Shown here piece by piece: positions 1 to 10,278 of a stretch of DNA of 64,000 nt. This DNA is from Bacillota bacterium (GTDB taxonomy: Bacteria > Bacillota > Dehalobacteriia > UBA4068 > UBA4997): contig JAVBWO010000024.1 of the NCBI GenBank assembly GCA_036677375.1, positions 61,034 through 125,033 of the forward strand. The letters run 5' to 3'. The notes beneath the pieces were generated by a model that saw only the letters and a list, made by a program, of their open reading frames with translations, searched no databases and had not been told where the DNA came from. A program made the translations under genes and the position numbers. Numbering within the stretch: the first letter of the stretch is position 1; every line of letters begins with the position of its first letter.

Positions 1-407
1 ATTCTTTTTCCATTGCCGCCTGCACCGCTTTCCATACGGCAAACCGCCGAATGTTTGTTCTGATAGGTGCCGGCATCGGTACGGTGATTGCCTTAGTCGG
101 TATCTATGACCAATTGGTGCCTTTCTTATCCCTTTTGGGCACCATTATTCCTCCGGTGGGTGGCGTGATTAGCGCCGATTATTTCATCAAACACAAAAAG
201 AGTTTCCCTGATCTCGCGCAGTTGGAGTTATGCAAATTTAATTGGGTAGGGATACTCAGTTATATCGTGGGTCTTTTGGTTGCCAAATTTATACCGGGAA
301 TCCCGCCTATCAACGGCGCCATCGGCGCTTTGCTTGCTTATCCCATCTTAGATTATCTTTTTAAAAAGGTTGGTTATGCGCAAGACAATAAAATCATAGC
401 GGCATAA
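1..407 (+). CDS. 3' part of a CodB-like (NCS1 family) cytosine/purine permease gene; 5' end outside the window
   Basis: Frame is open to the window edge. Product is all hydrophobic helices, with an IPPVGGVISADYF stretch reminiscent of cytosine permease C-termini. Family call is from memory only. Confidence 0.45.
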   Translation, partial: SFSIAACTAFHTANRRMFVLIGAGIGTVIALVGIYDQLVPFLSLLGTIIPPVGGVISADYFIKHKKSFPDLAQLELCKFNWVGILSYIVGLLVAKFIPGIPPINGAIGALLAYPILDYLFKKVGYAQDNKIIAA

Positions 408-429
408 GCTTTCAAATCAGTAAAAACAA

Positions 430-470
430 AATCAGAGGGCGGTTTGCTTAAACCGTCCTCTGATTTTTTG
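430..470 (+). terminator. rho-independent terminator after the permease gene
   Basis: Inverted repeat aatcagagggcggttt / aaaccgtcctctgatt followed by a T-run shortly after the stop codon. Confidence 0.6.
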
Positions 471-584
471 ATATGATAATCAAAAGTTCATTTTTTGATC
501 ATTAAGCAAAGCCATAACCGGTTCTGAATTTTGCTACATGAACCAAACTCCTTTGCCAAAAACCAATCAGCATTTTCCGATGGG

Positions 585-1178
585 TTATATTACTTCCTTT
601 TTGATGTATAATTCTTTTATAACTTGGGACAACCCTGCGTAAATAGCAGAAATCCCGCAAAGGGTCCCCTCGTAGCCTGCCAACAGCTTAATTGCTGTGA
701 TCTCTGTGAGATCGCCCAATGCTAAAAGAAAAAACAATAAAGCCAGTAATCCGAAAACGATCTGGAGAGGGCGGTTGATTTTTAAAGTGCCGACAAACAT
801 AACTGCCGTAAACAGACACCACATAAAAAGATAGGCCGCCATATCAATATTGCCGGGCGCTTCTGTCCAGCCCAGCACAGGCATGACCCAGATAGCCACC
901 AGAGAAAGCCAGAAAAAACCGAAAGATGTAAATGCCGTGGCGCCAAAAGTATTTTTCTTCTTCCATTCCATGATTTCTGCAATGACCTGCGCCAAACCGC
1001 CATAAAAAATACCCATTGCAAGGATCATGCTGCTTTGCCCCAAAAGACCCGCATTATGCAGGTTCAAAAGAACTGTTGTCATGCCAAACCCTAAAAGCCC
1101 TAAAGGCGCCGGATTGGCAGTCATGTCTTGTACTCTTACTTTCCTGTCTGCATCGGTTTGAAGCATCTGGTTACTCAT
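585..1178 (-). CDS. GPR1/FUN34/YaaH-family acetate/succinate channel (SatP-like)
   Basis: Motif [23 protein letters not shown] plus six hydrophobic segments. Start moved to ATG 1178, preceded by GAGGAGGA. The longer track ORF (to 1430) would run into the tRNA gene. Confidence 0.8.
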   Translation of the reverse strand: MSNQMLQTDADRKVRVQDMTANPAPLGLLGFGMTTVLLNLHNAGLLGQSSMILAMGIFYGGLAQVIAEIMEWKKKNTFGATAFTSFGFFWLSLVAIWVMPVLGWTEAPGNIDMAAYLFMWCLFTAVMFVGTLKINRPLQIVFGLLALLFFLLALGDLTEITAIKLLAGYEGTLCGISAIYAGLSQVIKELYIKKEVI

Positions 1179-1400
1179 ATAGTCCTCCTCACATCGTTCA
1201 AAATATCCTGGGGGTTTCCCCGCCATTTTGATAAATTCATGCAAGATTTTATCATATTGCATCCTGGTAGTCAATTTCAAAATGATCATAAAAATGTTAT
1301 CCATCAAGTATTCAGTAGAATACGTAAAAATTTGCAAATTTGTGGCATAAAAAAGACCCGCTATCCGCCAAATATTAAGGCGTTTAACAGGTCTTTTTTG

Positions 1401-1476
1401 TGGCAGGGGCAGCAGGACTTGAACCCGCAACCAATGGTTTTGGAGACCACTACTCTACCAATTGAGCTATACCCCT
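1401..1476 (-). tRNA. trnW: tRNA-Trp (anticodon CCA)
   Basis: 76-nt cloverleaf on the minus strand: AGGGGTATAGCTCAATTGGTAGAGTAGTGGTCTCCAAAACCATTGGTTGCGGGTTCAAGTCCTGCTGCCCCTGCCA. Anticodon loop is CTCCAAA, the T-loop is GGTTCAAGTCC and the CCA end is encoded. Confidence 0.9.
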
Positions 1477-1514
1477 ATCTCTTGCAAGCACTATGTATTA
1501 TACAGAAAAATACC

Positions 1515-1976
1515 TTATTCGTCAACTGTTTTCGGCAAATTTTCCTCACTATAGATATGAATTCCGGCCTTGGTTAAAAGGGCGGACGTTACCCCCATGC
1601 CAGGATGCAGCACCTTACTAAAGCTTCCGTCATAGATCTTTTGACTGCCGCAGGAGGGGCTTCTTTCCTTCAAAATAACGGCTTCAATCCCATTCTCCAG
1701 GGCAACCGCTAAAATCTCTTCGGCTCCCTGAATAAAGGCGTCGGTGACATCCGCACCTTGGGCGTTTATGACTCTGGCATTGCCGCATAGCACATCATGG
1801 CCGTCGCCGCCTTTGATTTCACTGGCGGGCCGGGGAATCAATAATCCGCCGGCCCACTCAGGGCAAACGGCAATGTAATTCTTGTCCTTCAAAAATGCCA
1901 TGACGGCGGCATCGGGCTTGGTTTCGCCGTTATAACGGCAGGGCGCTCCCAAAAGGCAGGCGCTTACAAGATACAT
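1515..1976 (-). CDS. DUF523 family protein (TudS-like thiouracil desulfidase family)
   Basis: N-terminal VSACLLGAPCRYNG and later conserved Cys (ERSPSCG) typical of DUF523. ATG 1976 has an AAGGAGAA RBS. Confidence 0.7.
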   Translation of the reverse strand: MYLVSACLLGAPCRYNGETKPDAAVMAFLKDKNYIAVCPEWAGGLLIPRPASEIKGGDGHDVLCGNARVINAQGADVTDAFIQGAEEILAVALENGIEAVILKERSPSCGSQKIYDGSFSKVLHPGMGVTSALLTKAGIHIYSEENLPKTVDE

Positions 1977-1992
1977 GGCTTTCTCCTTTTTT

Positions 1993-2748
1993 TTAGCGGC
2001 GATCAATTGTTTCGGCGGCGGGATAGTGTTTATCCGGCAGATTCCAGGGATTATTCTGCAAATGCTGCAAAGCGGTAATGGCCCGTTCTTTGGCAGGGGG
2101 AGCCGTTTTCACAATCTCTTTCACAATGTCTTTCATAGCCTGCCGTTTGGTGCAGCCGTTAGCCGGACAGCAGCTTTTGACAATAGGTAAATTTTCTTTG
2201 GCGCTATAAGCGGCAATATCGGCTTCCGGAACATAAATAAAAGGGCGGATGACGGTTAGCTTCTGGCGGGAAAGCCAGGTCACCGGCTTGAAGGAATCGA
2301 CCCTGCCTTCAAAAAACAGGTTGAGAAGCAAGGTTTCCACCACATCGTCGGCATGGTGAGCCAAGGCTACTTTGGGAAAACCCTTTTCTTTGGCCAGATT
2401 ATTCAAAGCGCCGCGGCGCATCTTTGCACAAAGAGAACAGGGGTTTTGTTCTTTTCTGACCTCAAAGACCACTTGGCCGATATTGGTGGGCTGCATGAAG
2501 AAATCCACCTCCAAGCCCCGGCAATAGGCCGCCAGAGCAGCTAGGTCGCCGGGAAAGCCCAGATCCACATGACCGGCGGCCAGAGGAAACTTATACTTGG
2601 AACGGCGTCGGAAGGCCGCAAGTATGGCAAGCATGGCAAGACTGTCCTTGCCGCCGGACAAGCCGACGAAGATGCCTTCCGCATTGGCGATCATATCATA
2701 ATCAATGATGGCTCTTCTGGTAAGATCCATGATGTGGGATGCCGTCAT
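1993..2748 (-). CDS. ttcA: PP-loop ATPase, TtcA-like tRNA 2-thiocytidine synthetase family
   Basis: SGGKDS PP-loop, CSLCAKMRRG motif and C-terminal CCPANGC cysteines as in the TtcA family. Confidence 0.7.
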   Translation of the reverse strand: MTASHIMDLTRRAIIDYDMIANAEGIFVGLSGGKDSLAMLAILAAFRRRSKYKFPLAAGHVDLGFPGDLAALAAYCRGLEVDFFMQPTNIGQVVFEVRKEQNPCSLCAKMRRGALNNLAKEKGFPKVALAHHADDVVETLLLNLFFEGRVDSFKPVTWLSRQKLTVIRPFIYVPEADIAAYSAKENLPIVKSCCPANGCTKRQAMKDIVKEIVKTAPPAKERAITALQHLQNNPWNLPDKHYPAAETIDRR

Positions 2749-3003
2749 AATTCCCTCCTGTAAGACTTTTTCATACGCCTTTCCCGGGGAGGAAAAAGCT
2801 GAAAAATAGCGAATTTTAACTTAATTGGGGTATTTTGCATGAACCGCAGAAATCCGGGGTTCGCTCTGTTTTCGATCGCTTTCCCACTTTACCCACTGTG
2901 TGGGCATTGGTGTCAAAAGGCGCCGCTAACAGTTAGGAAACCGGGTCATAGCGTATAACGCGGAAGACTCCGGGACAGGACTGAAAGGGAGGCACTATGA
3001 TTC

Positions 3004-3696
3004 ATGGAAAACGTTGTCATAAAAGGCAACAAGGATAGCCTTGTTTTCTATTTTAATACAGATTCCGTTACATTTGAAGAGCTATGCAAAAATTTACGGG
3101 AAAAATTAAATCAATCCGCACATTTTTTTCAAAACAGTAAATATACCATGGCGCCGGAAAACCAGCTGACAACGGCAGAGACTGCGATTTTAGAAAATAT
3201 TCTGAAAAAAAACGGTCTCAGCCCGGCGCCGCCACAGAAGCCAAAACCCAAATACCGCTATATTGCCTTGGACGAAGAGGGCGGCGCCCTTTATCCTTAT
3301 ACCTCGCCCAAAGGCGTGGAGCCGGTTTCTTATAGCGCCACGGAGGGCAATAGCGTCTTGCTCACTAAGACGCTGCGTTCCGGCCAGACGGTAGAAATCG
3401 ACGGCAATGCGGTCATTATGGGAGATGTGAACGCCGGCGCTCATCTCATGGCTACCGGCCATATTGTGATCATGGGCGAATTGCGCGGTTTGGCTCACGC
3501 CGGCTGCAACGGCGACCGGGAAGCCAGGATTGTGGCTTGGCGGCTGAAAACCGGCCAGATCCGAATTGCCGACCATATCGGCCGGGAGGATGAAGCGGAA
3601 AACGGCGATTTCCCGGAAACCGCCCAGATCGAAGGGGAACACCTGGTGGTAAGGCCCTACGAGGCAACGCCAAAACCAAAGCAGATCGTGCCTTGA
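3004..3696 (+). CDS. minC: septum site-determining protein MinC
   Basis: C-terminal MinC beta-helix signature: GQTVEIDGNAVIMGDVNAGAHLMATGHIVIMGELRGLAHAG ... QIRIADH. Confidence 0.8.
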   Translation: MENVVIKGNKDSLVFYFNTDSVTFEELCKNLREKLNQSAHFFQNSKYTMAPENQLTTAETAILENILKKNGLSPAPPQKPKPKYRYIALDEEGGALYPYTSPKGVEPVSYSATEGNSVLLTKTLRSGQTVEIDGNAVIMGDVNAGAHLMATGHIVIMGELRGLAHAGCNGDREARIVAWRLKTGQIRIADHIGREDEAENGDFPETAQIEGEHLVVRPYEATPKPKQIVP

Positions 3697-3841
3697 ACGG
3701 GATATATTGCTCAGCCCTGAGAGAAACGGGCTGATTGAATTCTAATCCAGCTTCCTAAGACGGCAGCCAGGTTTTTTCAACGAACCGGCGCATCGTAAAA
3801 AACATACCGAAAAGAACAAGGCAGCAAAGGAGCGAACTCTT

Positions 3842-6475
3842 TTGAATGAAACCATGACACCCATGATGAAACAATACCATGCCATGAAAGAACAGTATCC
3901 CGGCACCCTCTTATTTTTCCGGCTGGGCGATTTCTATGAAATGTTTGGCGAAGACGCTTTGATCGGCTCCAAAGAGCTGGAGATTACGCTGACCGGCAGG
4001 GGAGCCGGCCCCCAAGGCAGGATGCCCATGTGCGGCGTGCCCTATCACGCCGCCGACGGTTATATCGCCCGCCTTATTGCCAAGGGCTACAAGGTGGCCG
4101 TCTGCGAGCAGGTGGAAGACCCCAAAACGGCCAAAGGTCTGGTGAAACGGGAGATCATCCGGGTTATCACCCCGGGAACCGTGGTGGACAGCAATATGCT
4201 TCAGAATAAGGGAGCCAATTATCTCGCCGCCGTCTGGCAGGGAGATGGCGGCTACGGCTTGGCTTATTGCGATATTTCAACCGGGGAATTGCTGGTAACG
4301 GAACTGACCGGCCCTGGCGCACAAAACCGCTTGGGTGACGAGCTGGAACGCATCCATCCGGCGGAGTGCCTGCTGACCGAGGAGCTTTTGGGGGAGGAAT
4401 ATTTTCAGCTGCAGGCCTGGAGCAACGGGCAAAACACGACGCTTACCGCTATGGAGGATCAAAATTTCATCAAAAGGAACGCCGAAGCCTTATTGCTGAC
4501 TCATTTTCAGGTGGCGGCGCTGAACGCTTTGGGCCTGGAGGAAATGGCGCTGGGTGTTTTGGCCACGGCTGCCATCCTGCATTTTGCCCAAAATACCCAA
4601 AAACGCCAACTGAGCCATATCAATCAAGTACAGTGCTATAACGCGGAGGCTTTTATCCTGATGGACAGCGCGACGAGGCGCAATCTGGAGCTGACGCAGA
4701 CCTTAAGGCAGGCACAGAAAAAAGGCAGTCTCCTTTGGGTGCTGGACCATACCGTGACCGCCTTGGGCGGGCGGCTGCTCAAACAATGGGTGGAAAAGCC
4801 TCTTTTAAACAGCGAGGAGATCAGAAAGCGCTTAGACAGCGTGGAGGAACTGACCCAAAACCCTTTGCTCATGAGCGATCTGCAAAATATCCTAAAGGGC
4901 ATCTACGATTTGGAACGGCTGATCGGCCGTATCGCTTATGGCAATGCGGGTCCCCGGGATCTGGTTGCCTTAAAACAGTCTTTGGCCCTTTTGCCGGAGC
5001 TTGACGTGTTGCTTTCCACCTTCCGCTCCCCCTTGGGACAGAAGATCTATGATTATTTTGACGTTTTGGAGGATGTTTATGCCCTGATTGATAAGACTTT
5101 GGTGGATGAGCCACCGGTTTCTCCCAAGGACGGCGGCATCGTCCGCACAGGTTATTACCCCGAAATCGACGAACTGCGGGAGCTTACCAATACCGGCAAA
5201 GGCGTCCTTTTGAAAATGGAGGCAAGCGAGCGGGAAAAGACCGGCATCAAATCCCTGAAAGTCGGTTTCAATCAGGTCTTCGGCTATTATATCGAGGTGA
5301 CCAACGCCAATTTATCCTTAGTGCCGGAGCATTATATCAGAAAGCAGACCTTGGCCAATGCGGAGCGCTACATCACCCAGGAACTGAAAGAGTGGGAGAG
5401 CCGCATTTTGGGCGCCGGAGAAAAGCTCATTAATATCGAATATGAGATTTTTTGCCAGTTGCGCCAGGATATCACCAAGGAAACCAAACGTATTCAACGC
5501 ACCGCTGCCTGCATCGCTCAGTTGGACGTTCTGCAATCCATGGCCCAGGCGGCCTTGGACAACGGCTATTGCAAACCGGTGGTGGACGACAGCGAAAAAA
5601 TCGAGATCATCGCCGGGCGGCATCCCGTGGTGGAAAAAAGCCTGGGTCGGGAGAATTATGTGCCCAACGATGTGCTGTTAGATAATGGAGAAAATCAGTT
5701 TGCCTTGATCACCGGGCCTAATATGGCCGGGAAATCCACCTATATGCGCCAAGCGGCCCTTTGCATCCTTATGGCCAGAATGGGCAGCTTCGTGCCGGCG
5801 GAACGGGCTACAATCGGCAAGATCGACCGTATTTTCACCCGCGTGGGCGCCAGCGACGATCTGGCCGCAGGGCAGAGCACCTTCATGGTGGAGATGTGCG
5901 AAACTTCCAATATTTTGCGTCACGCCACTAGGAACAGCCTGGTGCTTTTGGATGAGATCGGCAGGGGCACCAGCACCTATGACGGCTTGAGCATCGCCTG
6001 GGCGGTATCGGAATACCTGCTTTTGCCCCAATCGGGGCCGCGAACTTTATTTGCTACTCATTATCACGAACTGACGGAACTGGCGGCAAAATATCCCCAG
6101 GTCAAAAACCTTTCGGTAGCGGTGAAGGAACGCGGCGGCAGCATCATCTTTTTAAGAAAGATCGTTGCAGGCAGCGCCGATAAAAGCTATGGCATCCAGG
6201 TGGCCAAGCTGGCGGGGCTGCCCGACACGGTGCTGGCCCGAGCCAAAGAGATCCTGCATGCTTTAGAGAACGATACTTCGGGCAGGGAAGCCGCTTTGAC
6301 AGAGATCCGCCAAAATTCTGTGGAACACGGCGGCAAAAGCAGCCATCATCCGGCGGAAGGCAATATCCTGCAAGCCCTGGCCGATTTGAATATCAACGGT
6401 ACCAGCCCCATGGAAGCGCTGCTCCTTTTAGAAAAATGGCAGGCTGAGATCAGGAGGTTCGCCGATGAACCATAA
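3842..6475 (+). CDS. mutS: DNA mismatch repair protein MutS
   Basis: N-terminal MTPMMKQYH...FFRLGDFYEMF, Walker A GPNMAGKST and full MutS length. True start may be ATG 3854. Confidence 0.95.
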   Translation: MNETMTPMMKQYHAMKEQYPGTLLFFRLGDFYEMFGEDALIGSKELEITLTGRGAGPQGRMPMCGVPYHAADGYIARLIAKGYKVAVCEQVEDPKTAKGLVKREIIRVITPGTVVDSNMLQNKGANYLAAVWQGDGGYGLAYCDISTGELLVTELTGPGAQNRLGDELERIHPAECLLTEELLGEEYFQLQAWSNGQNTTLTAMEDQNFIKRNAEALLLTHFQVAALNALGLEEMALGVLATAAILHFAQNTQKRQLSHINQVQCYNAEAFILMDSATRRNLELTQTLRQAQKKGSLLWVLDHTVTALGGRLLKQWVEKPLLNSEEIRKRLDSVEELTQNPLLMSDLQNILKGIYDLERLIGRIAYGNAGPRDLVALKQSLALLPELDVLLSTFRSPLGQKIYDYFDVLEDVYALIDKTLVDEPPVSPKDGGIVRTGYYPEIDELRELTNTGKGVLLKMEASEREKTGIKSLKVGFNQVFGYYIEVTNANLSLVPEHYIRKQTLANAERYITQELKEWESRILGAGEKLINIEYEIFCQLRQDITKETKRIQRTAACIAQLDVLQSMAQAALDNGYCKPVVDDSEKIEIIAGRHPVVEKSLGRENYVPNDVLLDNGENQFALITGPNMAGKSTYMRQAALCILMARMGSFVPAERATIGKIDRIFTRVGASDDLAAGQSTFMVEMCETSNILRHATRNSLVLLDEIGRGTSTYDGLSIAWAVSEYLLLPQSGPRTLFATHYHELTELAAKYPQVKNLSVAVKERGGSIIFLRKIVAGSADKSYGIQVAKLAGLPDTVLARAKEILHALENDTSGREAALTEIRQNSVEHGGKSSHHPAEGNILQALADLNINGTSPMEALLLLEKWQAEIRRFADEP

Positions 6476-8561
6476 TCAGGGCAAGATACAGGTATTGGAT
6501 CTTCTGACCGCCAATCAGATTGCCGCCGGCGAAGTGGTGGAACGTCCTATGTCGGTGGTAAAAGAGCTGGTGGAGAATGCGATTGACGCGGGTGCCTGCC
6601 ATATCACCGTAAAAATATGGGACGGCGGTCTGGAAAAGATCCAAGTGGTGGACGACGGCGAAGGTATGGTGCCTCAGGACATGGAGACTGCCTTTTTGCG
6701 CCACGCCACCAGCAAGATCCGGCAAACGGAAGATATCGGACACATCCAAACCCTGGGCTTCCGGGGGGAAGCGCTGCCTTCCATCGCCGCCGTCAGCAAG
6801 GTGACGGTGAAGAGCCGTCCGCAGGCAGTCACCGCAGGCTGGCATGTGGAAGTGGCAGAGGGGAAAGTGACACCTGTCGGCGAGACCGGCATGCCGTCCG
6901 GCACCGTGATCACGGTAAAAAATCTTTTTTACAATACGCCCGCCAGAAAAAAATTCATCAGGAAGCCTTCGGCAGAAAGCGGCCTGGTAGGAGATCTTTT
7001 GTCCCGTATGATTCTGGCCCGCCCCGACATCGCCTTTGTTTTGCAGGAGGAGGGGAGAACGGTTCTGCATTCCCCCGGCACCGGTAATCTGGAACAGAGT
7101 GTCATGGCCGTTTACGGCAGAGAACTGCTTTCTCAAATGCTGCCTGTGCCGTCCAATTCTTTTTTGTCGGGGTTTTTATCCCGTCCGGGCTGTCATAGGG
7201 CCAGCCGCAATTATTATAATTTTTTCATCAATGGCCGCTGGGTCAAGAGTAAAGAATTGAGCCATGCTGTGGATGCCGCTTACAGCACTTTAAATCCAGA
7301 CCGGCGATATCCCATCGTAGTTTTGTATTTGACGCTGCCGCCTGCGAGCATTGATGTAAATGTTCATCCCGCCAAGCTGGAGGTTCGCTTCCGGGAATGG
7401 GACAAGCTGCGACAAGAAATCCTCAACCTTCTGGGAGCGGCTATTTTAGGAAAAAACATCGGCATGGCGCCTTTGATGAAAACGGCAACCGAGCCTTCTT
7501 CCGTTGCTTATCAACTGCCAGAGTCAGAACCCGGCATCCGTCTGGAAGAGAAAAAACGCCTTGGCGAAAAGCAGGCGGCCTTTTCCGGCAATCGGGAAAA
7601 CGAAGCCGTGCTGCATTTCGCGCCGCAGCCGCCGTCAGTTTCTCAGCTTTCCCAACCATTGCAGCAAAAACAGCAAAGCCCGCCGATAACGGCTAATATC
7701 ACGGTAAATACAAATCATTTGGCAAAAGGACAGCGTGCGCCAGAAGAGGGATTTTGCAAAGAAACGCAAGAGACATCGCCTCAGACGGCGACACAGCCGT
7801 GCTTTTTCCCGGAAGCCTCTAAAGAAAATCCTTCTTTTCAAATAAGTGAAGCAAAGCCGGAAACCTGCCGCACGGACTTGGAGGCAGTAAATAGGGCGAA
7901 TGCGGCAGGAACGGATAATGAAAACAAAAACAGTCAGGGAGAACCCGTTCCGGATATTGCCGGACAGATAGGGGATGAGCCCTTCTGGCTTTCCTTGCGC
8001 CCCTTAGGCCAGATAAACGGCACCTATATTGTAGCAGCGCAAAAAGACGCCCTTTATCTCATCGACCAGCACGCCGCCCATGAGCGCATCCGCTTTGAGG
8101 CCTTAAAGAAAAATTTCCTGGCCAAACAGGCGGAAGTGGTACAGATGGTGTTGCCCAGCAAGCTAGAACTGACCCATAAGCAAAAGAAAACCTTGGTTAA
8201 CTACCTGCAAGAGATGACTTCCATTGGGTTTTTGGTGGAATATTTCGGTGATAACGATTTTATTTTGCGGGGGGTTCCCGCTTGGTATGATCAAGGTTCC
8301 AGCGAAGAATTATTTTTTGCTTTGCTGGACACCATAGGCAGTGAAGAACATTTCGACTTTGCGGAATTTTGTCGGGAAGCCCTGTTCAGCTTAGCCTGTC
8401 ACAGCGCGATACGGGGAAATGAATATGTCAATGAAAGCAATATCGCCTGGCTTTTCCGACAGCTTCACGAAGCAAAGAGCGCCTTGACCTGCCCCCATGG
8501 TAGGCCTATCGCTATAAAGATCGCCATAGAAGAGATTGACCGCCGTTTTTTGCGCGGTTAA
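6465..8561 (+). CDS. mutL: DNA mismatch repair protein MutL
   Basis: GHKL ATPase N-terminus (ANQIAAGEVVERP, VVDDGEGM), a long low-complexity linker and a C-terminal DQHAAHERI endonuclease/dimerisation domain. Overlaps the mutS stop. Confidence 0.95.
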   Translation: MNHNQGKIQVLDLLTANQIAAGEVVERPMSVVKELVENAIDAGACHITVKIWDGGLEKIQVVDDGEGMVPQDMETAFLRHATSKIRQTEDIGHIQTLGFRGEALPSIAAVSKVTVKSRPQAVTAGWHVEVAEGKVTPVGETGMPSGTVITVKNLFYNTPARKKFIRKPSAESGLVGDLLSRMILARPDIAFVLQEEGRTVLHSPGTGNLEQSVMAVYGRELLSQMLPVPSNSFLSGFLSRPGCHRASRNYYNFFINGRWVKSKELSHAVDAAYSTLNPDRRYPIVVLYLTLPPASIDVNVHPAKLEVRFREWDKLRQEILNLLGAAILGKNIGMAPLMKTATEPSSVAYQLPESEPGIRLEEKKRLGEKQAAFSGNRENEAVLHFAPQPPSVSQLSQPLQQKQQSPPITANITVNTNHLAKGQRAPEEGFCKETQETSPQTATQPCFFPEASKENPSFQISEAKPETCRTDLEAVNRANAAGTDNENKNSQGEPVPDIAGQIGDEPFWLSLRPLGQINGTYIVAAQKDALYLIDQHAAHERIRFEALKKNFLAKQAEVVQMVLPSKLELTHKQKKTLVNYLQEMTSIGFLVEYFGDNDFILRGVPAWYDQGSSEELFFALLDTIGSEEHFDFAEFCREALFSLACHSAIRGNEYVNESNIAWLFRQLHEAKSALTCPHGRPIAIKIAIEEIDRRFLRG

Positions 8562-8698
8562 AACCGGTTAAAAATGGCTAAAATCAGGATAACGAAAGAT
8601 AAAACGGCAGATAAAAATGAGAAAAAAGCACCCTGATTTGAGCAAGGCCACGGCTGGCAGAAGGAACGGCTTCCCGGTTGGAAATCCTAAGCGGGGAA

Positions 8699-8855
8699 GG
8701 GATTCCTTGAATGAAAAAACCGGCGGCTTCATCTAGAAAGTCAGTTGCTTCATTAATAATTAAGAAGATCATTGCCAGGAATAGAAATTCAGTTGCTTCA
8801 TCCAGAATGGTCATCGCCCGAAATAAAAAGCTTAGTTGATTCATGAATGAGATTT
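8699..8855. repeat. copy A of an intergenic repeat flanking miaA
   Basis: gggattccttgaatgaaaaaaccggcggcttcatctagaaagtcagttg matches 9907-9955 with 4 mismatches. Copy A also carries an internal duplication of the cagttgcttcat module. Confidence 0.8.
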
Positions 8856-8947
8856 TATAAATGAATCAACACCGGGAATACAAAGACCGTCGCATTCATC
8901 TTTTATTTTGCCGGCATAGGCATGATAAGCGTCAAAGGAGTATTTCA

Positions 8948-9871
8948 GTGAACAATCTTGCGATTCTCATCGGTCCCACCGCTTCAGGGAAAACGGCGCT
9001 TGCCATCGCCATTGCCAAGGCCTTGAACTGCGAAGTGATCTCCGGTGATTCTATGCAGTTTTACCGCCATATGGATATCGGCACCGCCAAGGTCACCCCA
9101 TGGGAGCAGGAGGGCATCCCCCATCATTTGATTGATATTCGGAATCCTGACGAATCTTATACTGTGGCCGACTTCCAAAAGGATTGCTACCGGCTGGTGG
9201 AAGAAATCAATCAGCGAGGCAAGCTTCCTCTTTTAGTAGGCGGAACTGCTCTATATGTCAAAGCCATCATAGACGGCTATACTTTTTCCAGGGAGACGCC
9301 GGGCAACGACGGTTTCCGCCGCGCTAAAGCGGAAGAGGCCGTGGGGCAGGCGCCCGGTTACCTTTACCGGCAGCTTCTGGCTGTCGACCCGGCGGCTGCG
9401 GCTAGGATTAGTCCGGAAGATAACAAGCGCATCATCCGGGCGCTGGAAGTCTACGAAAAAAGCGGCGTTCCTTTGAGCGCGCAGGCGGGGAAAAACCCGC
9501 CGCCTTACCGCATGGTGCTTTTGGGCATCCGTATGGATCGGGCAGAGCTTTACCGCAAGATTGACCAAAGAGTAGAGGAAATGATGGTAAACGGCCTGGA
9601 AAATGAAGTGAAAAATCTTCTTGCCATGGGCTATGGCAGGAACTTAAAACCCATGCAGGGTTTAGGTTACCGTCAGATGACGGCTTATTTGACGGGAGAA
9701 CTCAGCCTAAAAGATGCCGTCGATCTGATCAAACGGGATACCAGACATTTTGCCAAGCGGCAGCTCACCTGGTGGCGCCGGGAAGAGAGGGTGCATTGGC
9801 TGGACGCGGCTTCGCCTAATATTAAAGAAGAAGCGGCGAGCTATATCCGTCAACAGTTGCCGGAAATTTAG
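8948..9871 (+). CDS. miaA: tRNA dimethylallyltransferase MiaA
   Basis: P-loop GPTASGKT and the IPP-transferase family pattern. Start placed at GTG 8948 after AAAGGAG. The 29 extra codons of the track ORF lie in the repeat-rich spacer. Confidence 0.9.
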   Translation: MNNLAILIGPTASGKTALAIAIAKALNCEVISGDSMQFYRHMDIGTAKVTPWEQEGIPHHLIDIRNPDESYTVADFQKDCYRLVEEINQRGKLPLLVGGTALYVKAIIDGYTFSRETPGNDGFRRAKAEEAVGQAPGYLYRQLLAVDPAAAARISPEDNKRIIRALEVYEKSGVPLSAQAGKNPPPYRMVLLGIRMDRAELYRKIDQRVEEMMVNGLENEVKNLLAMGYGRNLKPMQGLGYRQMTAYLTGELSLKDAVDLIKRDTRHFAKRQLTWWRREERVHWLDAASPNIKEEAASYIRQQLPEI

Positions 9872-9906
9872 AAAAACGCATCAGATGGAAAGTTGCAAGC
9901 TTTTTA

Positions 9907-10010
9907 GGGATTCCTAAAATGAAAAAACCGGCGGCTTCATCAAGAAGGTCAGTTGGTCCAGGACATCGCCGGGAATGAAAAAAACAGCTGATTGATCAAA
10001 GATGATTTGT
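9907..10010. repeat. copy B of the intergenic repeat flanking miaA
   Basis: Direct-orientation copy of 8699-8855, shorter because it lacks the internal duplication. Confidence 0.8.
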
Positions 10011-10278
10011 CAAGGATGATCATTTTTGGGATACCGGCTGATTCATCTTTTATCTTATCTATCTTGTCTATTTTATCGTTTAATTCATTTAATAAAAACC
10101 AGCATCCATTTTTCTTTGACAAATATAAATATTAATTTAAAGAGATCAAGAGAACAGGGAAAAGACCACGGAGCTTTTTCATATTGCAACCGCTCTGACA
10201 TAAGCCATAACCGGATATTTGTCGCGTATCCGCTTCCGTTGATTTGTCCGTAAAAAAGTCAAGAAAACAGGAGTAAAT

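Noticed and set aside
1179-1430. N-terminal extension of the acetate-channel ORF
   Set aside because: It would overlap the tRNA-Trp gene and has no family similarity. ATG 1178 has a strong RBS.
6450-7136. 228-aa antisense ORF inside mutL, plus similar shadow ORFs in mutS, sdhA, ruvB, recJ, lnt and the aldehyde dehydrogenase gene
   Set aside because: These are typical antisense or off-frame open frames within strongly supported genes. They are Arg/Gly/Pro-rich, with no RBS and no motifs.
8584-8844. 86-aa minus-strand ORF with EATEFL/EATDFL/EAAGFF repeats
   Set aside because: It lies entirely in the intergenic repeat. The peptide periodicity just mirrors the DNA repeat, copy B does not keep the frame, and no RBS is present.
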